Below, piece by piece: positions 26,401 through 35,000 of a stretch of DNA of 64,000 bases (within the stretch, counting starts at the first letter, position 1; every line of letters starts with the position of its first letter). Source of the stretch: a virus; the IMG/VR virus record IMGVR_UViG_3300030104_005963, one strand, 5' to 3'. Below the pieces are notes generated by a model. It made no database searches. It was not told the DNA's origin and saw only the letters and a list, made by a program, of their open reading frames with translations. The position numbers were made by a program, and so were the translations under genes.

Positions 26401-27421
26401 TTCAAATATTACTTCTACCGACACAAAAGTTTTTATAGACAGTGTTGGACAATTATTTGGATATGAAAATGATAATAGTCCATTTAGTGTAAGAATTACT
26501 CCTAAATCTATTAATCAAGTTAATGCAGAAATAACAGCAACAGTGTCTGCTGAAGGAACGATTTCAAATTTAACAATTGTTAATGGTGGAAGTGGTTATG
26601 TAAACGCTCCAATTCTAAAAATAGGAAATCCAGATAATAGTTTTATTTCCAATCCTGAAAAATTATCGGGTATTGAAATAAGTGAAGGAACTAATGCTAC
26701 AGCAACAGTTACAATTTCATCTTCCGGTTCAGTTAATGGATTTACAATTACAAATCCTGGTCTTGGATATTCTCAATCTAATCCACCACAAGTAATTGTA
26801 TCAGCACCTGAGATAATAACAGATGTAGTTACTGGTATTACATCCATTAGAGGGGTTTCAGGAATTGTTACTGGAGTAGAATCTACTACAATAGGTGCTG
26901 ATAAAGCTATTAAATTTACTTTAACACTTGATCCAGATATTTCAGGATCTAATGCTGCTTTGTTTCCTGTAGAGAGAAGAGGATTTAATACTAGTGATTT
27001 ATTCGTAACAGGTAATCCAGTTTTTATTAATGATACTAAAGTTGGAACTGGTGTAATTTCTATAAATGGAAATGACTCAGAAATAGTTGGCATTGGAACC
27101 ACTTGTTTAGATAATATCTACATCATTCAACAATTTAGTTTTATAGGAGAACATCCCAATCCTGTTGTAGGTATTATGACATGTAGAGTTATTTCTACAA
27201 CTAATATGAGTAATATTCCAACAACAGTTGGATATTCGACAGATCCTATTGGAAAGTTCTCTGTAGGAATTTTGACCGGTGCAAATATTTCAAGATCTGC
27301 TTCACCTATATCTATTGGTGTTACAGGATTTACAATTAATTCTGGATTATCATCTTTCCCAACGGTTCAAAGAATTGGTGGAGATGCAACTTTCTTCAAT
27401 ACTGGAGCAATTACCAAATAG
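14465..27421 (+). CDS. g7: Baseplate wedge initiator gp7-like giant protein (4318 aa)
   Basis: Lies between g6 and g8. Cyanophage gp7-type N-terminus (QLPNFI...FLKQYY.SQE.QGGP), SKGT..SF.ILF..LYG and HPSG-like HTSGLKNFSD; many repeated beta-modules. Confidence 0.8.
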   Translation: MIQTGFETRIQVQDIVSNQLPNFIVDESPKTIDFLKQYYISQEYQGGPTDLSTNLDQYLNLDNLTPEIIVDSTITTSSTTNSDSTINVSSTKGFPKEYGLLKINNEIISYTGITTNSFTGCIRGFSGVTSYGSNFDKEELIFSESSSESHNLNSSVRNLSSLFLKEFYKKFKTTFAPGLENNNFVSSLNVGTFLKEIKSFYQSKGTNESFRILFEILYGENPTVINLEEKLIKPSFAEYRRREVAVAKVISGEGSFLKGQGLFKDNSNIVASISEISPFNVNDEIFYKLSLFVGYDEDSDIQGRFLPTPNSKCTEDVLINGSVVNVDSTIGFNKSGKFRAGSNIVSYTDKTVNQFLNCTGISSPISQGDLIYDNEIYYGYENGDINKKVELVFFTTLSNFIQKGVVNVNESDPIGVKNLGDKVINPTQNKSSKQILANSWIYNTNSSYFIDNYDSGFLELFSPIDKSSLKLGDSVEIVERNTGVVIFPNENNKPFVSIDGIAEGNEQKIQGRKNVIINDIDYTKLGIGTDYNLRKKLNKAKIGDNSNVTFKYGNESLISDVQNVYFDDEFAYVASNSLPSTKTRGGIKNDSRDEFPLSEDIDVKIKKLVIDLDTGTGGILTSFNELTKDFNGIKVLDDGGNTPFKTGEKIFYKPETNSIVGLETGNYFVEVIEGNGDSDVIKLYGSNYLIGTNNNIKLSNIGGTHTFVLESQKSGTIGPQKLLKKFSINQKLVDGKNEKTIPGGVGLLINGVEITNYKSTDKIYYGPLKKINVLNGGENFDVINPPKIVVESGLGNTALAQPVITGSIKDVLIDFDTYNFNISNIISIGVTGGNGTGCALEPSVSNTSFREIKFDGRPQTSGGGINTITNQILFDTPHGFTSGQEVIYDSNFGSLVGIGLSSNSNSTTLVNKSTYVVEVPNVRTVKLYRNRDDYDARINAISFNGTQGSGNQKLKVGPLGVLKDIIVIDGGKGYTNKKLIVKSSDVSTNYNWIEFKNHGFNNGELIDYSIASGNGVSSPTVISGLSTDKKYQILKLDDNKFRVCDAGIGGTIVSNFERKNYVKFESSGTGYQQFSYPKISVDFRVITAGIGETTITITPVVKGSITSVDLYENGTGYGSSIINYENSPKVLIKNGKNARVVPIISNGRINSINVEYGGEEYYSTPDVIVTDTSKSGSGAVLRAIIKNNKLDSVKVIKSGIGYSASDTSVSVISSGFNHFLESKVRDLTIVTNEIFNSNKLLVDNDNDELKYSVCGYDVNLFSDNGSSISGIIGWAYDGNPIYGPFGSTDPNSFIFKSKLKSGYVLDTSNVTDRPIGFSNGFFVEDYQYNGIGADLDEHNGRYEKNKDFPNGVYAYHAVVGQNNVPIFPFFVGDTYRSKKIKENFEFDFNQSYDFINSTLQRNTFPYNVGEKYADNYFIKIKKDQKIVADKITSGNVENTSIVNEGTDFKVNDIIKFDSSETGGSGLNIKVSSVTGKKIESVDTVKEEYNNSILTWGGNTVQVTLETEHEFETGDYVSFSGISTDSLKSLEKYHRIVVESDSTSRLISSISAGAATTEIYPSFIPNYVSAGSTIGIGNESLTVLNVFEDSNILRVIRGNSGISHTESSLVNYKTKSFTFDNQVPYFNSNNNRKIYFNAAESVGIGTIFGIGFSTSFIFGDSTISREIPVRGIYLKNHPFKTNQLIKLTNPTDTKRITYSIEPNGTIIQLENGNYYAVNKSKNVIGIKTGIGDNFNEIYFRGFAGSGSNTENTDTYLFEETFDQITATAKSIKTTVSVSTFHDLGRNDLVKLNIVPNLSVGIGTSSSSVVVKIDNSTNQILVNPVGFSSLGINTITNQISLTNHPFKTGDKVKYTYSDKVASGLDTGGYYIFKVDEDTIKLGETFSDVVSNNPRIVSIAGTGGESHTLSLINPEIKVTKNNNLTFDLSDGSLGGYEFKIYHDGDFKNEFVSTGNTSTFNIVGFGTVGLAGAGLTVYSDNNSPISLFYNVEKSGYISTSDKDVKNYSNINFNSSNYNREFKILNGVGSTTFSVYLENDPERFSYSPSDCDVLEYSTTSENAKGGINSLNIVSSGSNYKKLPKVVGSSSTISENAIITVSSQSIGNIRDIDIITDEFKYYTDTTLRPTTLLPSIIELKNSNTIDSVKVENPGLNYFSAPSLVIVDKVTGKKLDTGFLEPIFNTSITGVKIASTPFGLPDTGVLIRTILNDNGFTIDKIDSAEGTEFTCTLITPTAGFSTSPFVIGDEVYVEGIQKINSDGTGHNSEDYGYQFLKVVSIPDPFGNPNPNPFRVKFDVVGLTTNTGIAVTESNGLGRLIPSSQYPTFKTSLISSPFLLGEKLNVNELEKDLEVVRKNDGELVVFGSDSETLKIGDQILGRNSLTIGKINKISNNEGTFNIDFSYKTDIGWENSTGKLNNDHQVIPDNDYYQNLSYSVKSNQTWKEIKSPVGRLVHTSGLKNFSDTQIPSETKTSIGSTNQTLVISDTFDESRVDILRGIDLVRDDESDGEVSNFLQFNKTRFVNFIDCRTNNVLSIDNINQQFSNLESNPDRFLNLDILENIERYDNYLVRIESFNHSVKQIQLSEFVVLSNGRRNHTIFSKSELTNSGENFTTFAEDRFGNYVIETNSEEKITYLRFSPDNPNDIDYDLKFIKTSINPLMRGVGIHSMGFIDLIASNKPILAGATGVLLSKNIEDIESAHISTRVINARTKEINFVETYITHDGTDTYISEYYVDAGGESLDNRIGISSVSIESGNLIFSYVNDTTNNLRVNSKIIGFGTASRGNGEYRYLVDGQNSGEEKTALYQSSFTSRVGITTLFSGNPLTFDAIKCTVEVSAGSSKALHQITAIHDGNNAYLQQSQFLANNYDSIIGLGTFSATHASNEFIVKFHPEDTTGITSIKTFNQVFYKGIDDDNIPNELKYKNITESAEFKFYNAINGDRINRKQFDLKHKNVDIFKKSFNPASTIVAAVNTGIGYSAFSVKDHFFRTGEELIYTPKSTFVGVGSTPMQYTIDGSTVGVLTSRVFAIRHTDDEFGIATTKAHADSGIGITVTSFGEGNAHTLEMVKSNEKALMAIDGIVQTPISNTRITHTIANNAAPGITTDQTIFALSGISSVSIINILKVEDEYMRVDNVGVGTLAIGPITPGEGNFKLVSVERGSVGSSATAHANGTLVELYKGNYNIVDSKVNFIEAPRGNPQGQDRNGLPFSRSIFNGRVYFRNNYASNFIYDDISPQFTGIKSDFTLTINGEEVEGIGPEGGQGVLFINGIFQTPITDNNPNQNYQILESSNRAVTLSSNYTLTAGMGITQFNNPNLSATVVSGTSSGIATFSITNGSLNVGIGSTLFANGTDTNVYPTNVSFVTGISTVKFTGTYPDDIEKDFISESDVNSNQIPRGGLPISVGSTAGLGYAPLIGAKLRPVVVGGSIVDVVGVATTGASLGIQTALYNNVTGILSVTTTTDHGLDFGDQSKDQIRLVGLSFTCNSGSGTVIYPTGGEKGYSLISTPSSTVFEVNAGISTLIHYYNGGGTVIPFFPQLSFGSGYNGIVSVSVAVTETGHTGNAAVITGTPVTFNTHQFISATAGIQKSGSPAIQPESGTTYNPSTGILSITAASHGLSTNDLVTIQDGSLVFSCAQDSFQTLHPYPRSTDYVSGISTAITKINDDVFTVFVGTSPAHGGGALTFNISNGGTGYTNPTIFVSEPSYENLSIVGISRRADGPTTDTGVGLKIDAKTTPSADYTGIGSELFEISEFEISTPGYGFFPGDKFKAVGLVTSRFIESLIKEFEMEVTETFTDQFALWQFGEFDYIDSIAPLQNGRRTRFPLRYENELISVEANDAFNVELNPILLIFRNRVIQEPGKTYEFIGGTSVNFKVAPRSEDDIQIFFYKGTDGEDSSIVEAPPSPIEIGDEVQVMGKPNQDNRLIHEFTQADTIRTNSYRGLGITDDFEPVEVTRQKYDLFIDGNVIDKSRILLEPRINPAAKIISNITSTDTKVFIDSVGQLFGYENDNSPFSVRITPKSINQVNAEITATVSAEGTISNLTIVNGGSGYVNAPILKIGNPDNSFISNPEKLSGIEISEGTNATATVTISSSGSVNGFTITNPGLGYSQSNPPQVIVSAPEIITDVVTGITSIRGVSGIVTGVESTTIGADKAIKFTLTLDPDISGSNAALFPVERRGFNTSDLFVTGNPVFINDTKVGTGVISINGNDSEIVGIGTTCLDNIYIIQQFSFIGEHPNPVVGIMTCRVISTTNMSNIPTTVGYSTDPIGKFSVGILTGANISRSASPISIGVTGFTINSGLSSFPTVQRIGGDATFFNTGAITK

Positions 27422-27425
27422 TCCT

Positions 27426-27433
27426 TATAAATA
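27426..27433 (+). promoter_or_regulatory. T4-type late promoter
   Basis: TATAAATA upstream of g8. Confidence 0.75.
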
Positions 27434-27450
27434 TCTAAAAAACTATCGAT

Positions 27451-29052
27451 ATGTCCGCCGTAGTAACAGATCAGTTTAGAATTGCAAATACCACTAGTTT
27501 TATAGAATCGGTTTTAAACGATAATAATTCTTATTATGTATTTTTGGGATTACCAAATCCCACTGTGGCAGGATTTGGTAGAACTGATGTATCTGGTAAT
27601 TGGCCTTTAGCACCCGTTGATAATTTGGAATATCAAACACATTATAGAGATTCTATGTTGTTTGGTAAAAAAATAAATGCTGCAAATATTAGAAGAGTTG
27701 TAAAAAAATTTCCTTGGATTAGTAATAATCGATATGATATGTATCGACATGATTATAGTGCTACTAATTTAGCACCTAATTCAAAGACTACAAATTTATA
27801 TCGATCAAATTTTTATGTCATAAATAGTGAGTTACAAGTTTATATATGTCTTGATAATGGATCAAGTGGAACTTCTACAAGTTCTTCTGCAAAAGGTAAT
27901 AGATCTATAATAGAACCTAATTTTACTGATGTAGAACCAATAACTCAATCTGACGGATATACTTGGAAATATCTATTTACTATTGCTCCTAATGATGTTA
28001 TAAAATTTGATTCAACTGAATATATTGTATTACCAAACGATTGGAGTACTACTACAGACTCTCAAATAAAAACTGTTAGAGAATCTGGAAATTCCGAAGT
28101 CAATAAAAATCAAATAAAAAAAGTATATATAGAAAATCCGGGAGGATCGGGGAGTTATGTATCTAGTGGTGATGATCCTCATATAGTAGATATTTTAGGA
28201 GATGGAACTGGAGGAAAAGTTAGTGTAACAGTTGAATCTACTGGCATAATATCATCTGTAAAAGTGGTATCTGGAGGATCTGGATATACATATGGTATTA
28301 TTGATTTGGGTCCGATACAGTCATCTGATGAAGTTGGTACAAAATTAGGAAAATTAATTCCTATAATACCACCATCAAAAGGGCATGGATTTGATATTTA
28401 CAAAGAACTTGGAGCTGATAAAGTTTTAATTTATGCCAGATTTGATGATTCTACAAAAGATTTTCCTGTAGACACATCTTTTGGTCAGGTTGGTATTATA
28501 AAAAATCCAGAAAAAAGTACTTCAACAGATATTTACAAAGCAAATGAATTTTCATCTCTACCTTCATTTAAGATTAGTGAATCATTATCAGAAAACATAA
28601 ACGATTATACCGGTGTTAAAATTACACAGACAGTTACTGGAGGAACAGCTAGAGGATATATTGCATCTTATGATACAGATACAAAAATAGTAAAATATTT
28701 TCAAGATAGATCATTATTTTTTGCTTCTGCAACAGATTCTGCTGGAGGTGGTTACGATCATCTTGATACAATTGATGTATCTGCACGAGCAAAAGTACTT
28801 AAATTTGAAGGAACTGGTAATATAAAATTTAATACTAATCCTCCACAGGAAAAACTTATTGATCCTGGTCTTTCTGGAATTACAACAATCTCCAATAATA
28901 GAATAATCGATCTTGGAGTTGAATATAATAATGGGTTTTCTGAATCAGAGATAAATAAAAAGACGGGAGATGTAATTTACATTACGAATCGATCTGTTGT
29001 TCAGAGAGATTTGAGACAAAAAGAAGACATCAAAATTGTCCTGGAATTCTAA
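27451..29052 (+). CDS. g8: Baseplate wedge subunit gp8
   Basis: MSAVVTDQFRI.N...F, YDMYRHDY, VY.CL.NG, DGY.WKYLF and GDVIYI.NR..V.R...QKEDIKIVLEF. Confidence 0.95.
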   Translation: MSAVVTDQFRIANTTSFIESVLNDNNSYYVFLGLPNPTVAGFGRTDVSGNWPLAPVDNLEYQTHYRDSMLFGKKINAANIRRVVKKFPWISNNRYDMYRHDYSATNLAPNSKTTNLYRSNFYVINSELQVYICLDNGSSGTSTSSSAKGNRSIIEPNFTDVEPITQSDGYTWKYLFTIAPNDVIKFDSTEYIVLPNDWSTTTDSQIKTVRESGNSEVNKNQIKKVYIENPGGSGSYVSSGDDPHIVDILGDGTGGKVSVTVESTGIISSVKVVSGGSGYTYGIIDLGPIQSSDEVGTKLGKLIPIIPPSKGHGFDIYKELGADKVLIYARFDDSTKDFPVDTSFGQVGIIKNPEKSTSTDIYKANEFSSLPSFKISESLSENINDYTGVKITQTVTGGTARGYIASYDTDTKIVKYFQDRSLFFASATDSAGGGYDHLDTIDVSARAKVLKFEGTGNIKFNTNPPQEKLIDPGLSGITTISNNRIIDLGVEYNNGFSESEINKKTGDVIYITNRSVVQRDLRQKEDIKIVLEF

Positions 29053-29061
29053 TAAAAAAAG

Positions 29062-32000
29062 ATGGCACAAAAAACTAATTTAAATATAAATCCATATTAT
29101 GACGATTTTGATTCTGAAAAGAATTTTCAAAAAGTTTTATTTAAACCAGGATTTCCTGTACAGGCAAGAGAATTAACAACTTCTCAATCTATTTTACAGA
29201 ATCAATTAGAAACATTTGGAACTAATATATTCAAAGATGGGTCAGTTGTTGTTCCTGGATCTATAGCATATGAAAATAATTATACTTCAGTAAAATTAAA
29301 ATCTTCTAATTTTGGTGTAGACATATCTCTTTATATCAAAAATTTTATAGGTAAAAAAATAATAGGACAAATTTCTGGTGTAGAAGCAAATATAAAATTT
29401 GTACTTTTACCTGAAGAAGATAGTAGAGTTGATGATGTAACGATATATGTAAGTTACACTACTAGTGGTAATGATTTCAGTCAAAATTTCTTCACTAATG
29501 GAGAAGAATTAGTTTGTGATGAAAATGTAGAGTTTGGTCTTTCTACTATTAATGCAGGAGAAGTTTTTGCGACTTTAACTACAATTAATGCAACTTCAAT
29601 TGGTAGCGCTGCAATTATAACAAAGGGTGTTTATTTTGTAAGAGGATATTTCGTTAATGTTGATGAACAAAAAATAGTATTAGATCCTTACACAAATAAC
29701 TCATCTTACAGGGTCGGACTACAGGTTGATGAAAAAATTATTACAGCAAAAGACGATTCAAGTTTATTTGATAACGCAAAAGGATTCAGTAACTTTGCCG
29801 CGCCAGGTGCTGATAGATTTCAGATAAAATTAACGTTAATTAAAAAAGATCTCACTGATAATGATGATACGAACTTTATTGAATTAATGCGTATCGATAA
29901 AGGTCAGATTAAAATAATTGAAACAAAAAGTGAATATAATGTAATTAGAGATTATATAGCAGATAGAACTTTTGATGAGTCTGGAAATTATTCTGTAAGT
30001 CCATTCGACGTTTCCGTATTTAATTCATTAAATAACGGGTTAGGTAATAATGGATTATACTATCCACAAGAACTTACAGAACAGCAAAATAGTCCAGATG
30101 ATGATTTAATGTGTATTAAAATATCATCTGGTAGAGCATATGTTGCCGGATATGATGTAGATAAGATTGGAACTACTGTTTTAGATGTTGAAAAACCAAG
30201 AGAAGTTGGTATTCGTAGTGATATTTCTATTGGATATGAGTTGGGCAATTTGTTAAAAGTAAATACTGTATCTGGATTACCTAATTCGGGAAGTGTTATT
30301 AACATATACAATAATTTAAATGGAACTGGTGATATTATTGGAAGTGCAAGAGTTTATAGTTTTAATCTTGAAGATGCAAATTATGAAAATGATTCTACTG
30401 TATGGGATCTAAGACTATTTGATCTTCAAACTTATACTGCAATTACTTTAAATCAATCCGTTAGTAATTCTGGAATAAGAACAGGATCTTATATTAAAGG
30501 TAGAAATAGTGGAGCAAGTGGATATTCTGTAGGTGCGGGTTCTAATACATTAGTCAATGTAATTCAGACATCAGGAACTTTCCATAGAGGAGAACAGATT
30601 GAAATTGATGGTTCTAGTGATGTCCCTAGAACTATTGGTGTCGTAACGGCATATAATACACAAAGTATCAAATCTATTAAGATAGGAACTACATTTAGTG
30701 CAAATAGTGTTTTAGAAAGATTTCCAATTCCAAATGGAATTGAAGAAGTATCTTTTGACAGTAGTGACAATACCATCCGTGTTCCCGGAAATAGCACTTT
30801 TACAGGTTTAAGAGTTGGATCTATTGTTAGGTATCAAAGAGCAGGAATTAATACTGAAACATATAATCGTGTTGCTGATATATCTTCTGGTGGATCGATT
30901 CTGACTCTGGAAGCTATTCCTCTGGATAGACCTGATGTATATGATGGTAATCTGCCCGATGCTGATACAACACTATTAATGTCTGTCGGTGCTCCTATTG
31001 TAAGAGGTTCTGGTGAGTTATTTGTTCCGCTTGCAAACAAAAATGTATCTCAAATTAATTTAACTAATTCTGAGTTTAAGATATCTAGAACTATTACTAA
31101 AACTCCTGCTAATAATGGAAGAATCACTATTTCAACTGGTGATATTTCAGATCTTACTAATTTTAGTTTCGAACCTTTTGATGCAGAAAAATATGCTGTA
31201 TCTAATACTACCCTTGGAATTTCAACCATTACTTCTAATAATAGAAATGCAGATGGTACTCAAATAATTATAGGTATTTCTACATTTGTTTCCGGTCAAG
31301 CAGATACAATAAATGTATCACTAAGTAAAAAAGGTCTTATTAGTAAAGAAAAGACATATGATCGTAGTAGAAAAGTTACTGTAAATACATCAAGAAACCA
31401 AGCTTCTGGTACTAATGATGATGGAAATAGTTCACTTGTTAATGGACTAACATATGATACTAATCATAGATATGGAACTAGAGTAGAAGATGAAGAAATA
31501 TGTTTGAATTATCCAGATGTTGCTAAAATTATAGCAATTTATGAATCTGTAAATACATCTGCGCCGACCTTTGATACATTAACATTTGATAGTGTATTAA
31601 ATGTTAATAGTAATGCTATAATTGGTGAAAATATAAAATCATCAGATGGAAAAATTGTAGCTAGAATTGTTGGAAAATCCTCAGATACCGTAGAAATAGT
31701 TTATCTTTCATCGAATAAATTTGATGATTTGGATGAAGTAGAATTTGAAGAATCAAACATAAAAGGTAAAGTTAAAACTCAATCTGAAGGCAAATATAAA
31801 GATTTAACAAATTCTTTTACTTTAGATAAAGGTCAGAGAAATCAGTATTATGATTATTCTAGAATTATTAGAAATGCAGGATCATCAACTCCATCTGCTC
31901 AGTTAATAATTGTTTTTGATCATTATACAGTTCCTGCAGGAGATACTGGAGATGCTTTTACAGTACTAAGTTATGATGAAGAGAGATTTAGAACTGATGT

Positions 32001-35000
32001 ACCAGCAATAGGTGTAGATTCCATTAGAGCTTCTGATGTAATTGATTTTAGACCAAGAGTTCTAGTATATAATCCAAGCACTGCATTATATTCCCCATTC
32101 CATTATTCATCAAGATCATTTGATAATTCTATTACAGAATACTTAGTTCCGGAAGAAACTTTAAGAGTTGGGTATGAATTTTATTTGCCTAGAATTGACA
32201 AATTATTGTTAAACAAGTATGGAAATTTTGTATACAAACAAGGTGTTTCTTCAGAATCTCCAAAGTCTCCAGTAAATGATGATAGTGCGATAATGGAAAT
32301 TGCAACCATTAACCTACCCCCATATCTCTATGCACCACAAAGTGCAATTATCTCTCAAAAAGATAACAGAAGATATACAATGAGAGATATTGGTAGACTT
32401 GAGAATAGAATATCTAATTTGGAAGAATTAACATCTCTTTCTCTCTTGGAATTAGATGCTAAAAGTATGCAAATTCGTGATAGTAATAATCTAGATAGAT
32501 TTAAAACAGGATTTTTTGTAGATGCATTTAATGATTCTAGTTTTATTAATCCTGTTTCTACAATTGAAGTAAATCCTGATATGGGTGAAATTAATCCATC
32601 AATAACTAGAAATAGTTTAGCATCACAAGTTACTCCTGCAGAAAGTGTAACACCTGAACAATTAGATTTTGGGACTGATTTTGAATTGTTGGATTCTAAT
32701 GTCAAAAAAACCGGAAATTCAGTAACTCTAAATTATGAAGAAGTTCCCTGGATTGAACAACCAAAAGCAACACTTGTTGAGAAAGTTAATCCATTTGAAG
32801 TTCCGGCATTATCAGGAAGTTTGGAATTAATACCACAAACTGATTTTTGGAGTAGAACTGAACAATTAGATGGTGAAACTATAAGAGTAACTGGAAAAGA
32901 TAGAGAAAAAACATTAAGGAATAAAATAGATCTTGGTGAACAGATAATTGATTTGGGATCTATTGTAGTTTCTGAAACAGAATCTTCGACAACTGTTCAA
33001 ACAAATGGCAATGGTAATGATACTTCTACCTCAGAAACATCTATAACAGATATTGATACTATGACTGAAAGTATTGATCTGAGAGGAAGTTCTAAAGATT
33101 CTGTAACTTTTGGTGATTCAAATAAATGGTTTAAAAATGAATTAATTGCTTCTGGTGAAGAAGATTTTATGAGGTCCAGAAATACCGAATTTAAAGGTTA
33201 TGGATTTGGTTCATTTACAGAAGTTTATGCATTCTTAGATGGTTTAAAACCAATTGTTGTTCCTAAATTGCTTGAAATAACAACAGAGAAAGGTGGAGAA
33301 ACTAATGGTGCTTTAGGTTCTTTCAATGTAAGCGAAACAGTACTAGTATATGATCCTGTAGATACTAATAAAATTATAGGACAATTTAGATTATGTTCAC
33401 CAAATCATAAAGAAGGTGCACATGCTGGTCCAACAGAAACATATCTGTTTTCTCCATATAGTCATGGTGAAATTGAACTTCCACAAGTATATTCCAATTC
33501 CACACCAATATTAAATATTGATACTAGATCTCTTTGTGAAGAAGCACAAGGTGATTTCTTTGGATATGCAAAGAAAAATTCTGCAATTAGAGGTTTATCT
33601 AGTGGCGCAACAGCATTTATAAAAAATGTGGATGCTGGAAATAGATTGAGACTAATTACAGATACTTTTGGTGGTGTTGTAGGATCTTTCTTCATCGAAG
33701 ATCCATACAGTACACCTCCCGGTGAACTTAGATTCCACACTGGATCCACAGAATTTGTTCTTAGCACCAGTTCAACTAATGCTCAATCTTTACCAGGGCA
33801 AGATTATTTTGAAGATGCAAATGGAAATAAAAAACCATTAGTTAAAGCTTCATCAATGTATGAAACTGGAGGAACACTTGATCAATGGGAACAACAAAGA
33901 TTTGTACAAGAAAATACTACAACTATCAATTCGGTAGTTAAAGTAAATGGTAGTGTTTCTACAACATTAACCACTCAAAATCAACATACACATACCGAAT
34001 ATAATGAATATGTAGATCCGGTAGCACAAACATTTGTTGTTGGTGGGAATGTAGAAGCACCTTCTGCTGTCAATCAAAATAATGATAAAGATGGTGCATT
34101 TTTAACTGCCGTTGATATATTCTTCTCAAAAGTTGATCTAGAACAACCGGTAAAATGTCAGATAAGAACTGTAACAGGTGATGCTAGACCTTCAAGATTT
34201 GTATTGGCAGAAAAAGAGTTAAGACCACAAACAGGAAATGCTCAAGGTGAGATTGTTAATAATGTTCTTACTTCTGATGATGCTTCTGTTCCAACAAAGT
34301 TTGTATTTGATGAACCAATATACCTTGAACCAGGATCTTCATATGCAATTGTATTAATTGCAGAAAAATCTTTAGATTATGAAGTTTGGACAGCAGTTCA
34401 AGGAGAAAGAGTTGTTAACCCCGAATCTTCTAGTGCTGCACTTACAGAAAACTTTAGTGTATCTGGAAATGAAGCTGTAGAACAAGCTCAATATACAACT
34501 CAATATGCACTAGGTGCTTTCTTTGCTTCTCAAAACGGTGCTTTATGGACAGAAAATCAAAGACAAGATCTTACATTCAGATTATACAAGGCAAAATTCA
34601 CTTCTAGAAATGGAAGTGTATTATTCAATAATCCAGTATTAGATCAAAGTAATGATTATGTTAAAAAATTAAATAGTAATCCTGTTAGAACATTACCAAA
34701 AACTGGAAAAATTGGTATTGAAGCTTCAAATTCTCTTTCTACGATACTTGTTCCTGGAAGAAAAATTGCATCTCCAAATAGTGTTGGATCTGCAGTAATT
34801 ACAGGAATAGGATCAGTAGTTACTGGTGCTGCTGTTGTAGATGGAGCAGGAGGTTCTAATTATGTTAACGATACTTCAGTTGATACCTTTAATATTACTG
34901 GAAAAGGATCTGGATTAAAATTAAATATATCTCAAAGTGCTGGTGTAGTTAATACTATTAATTCAATTGTTGATGGAGGTATCGGTTATCAAGTAGGTGA

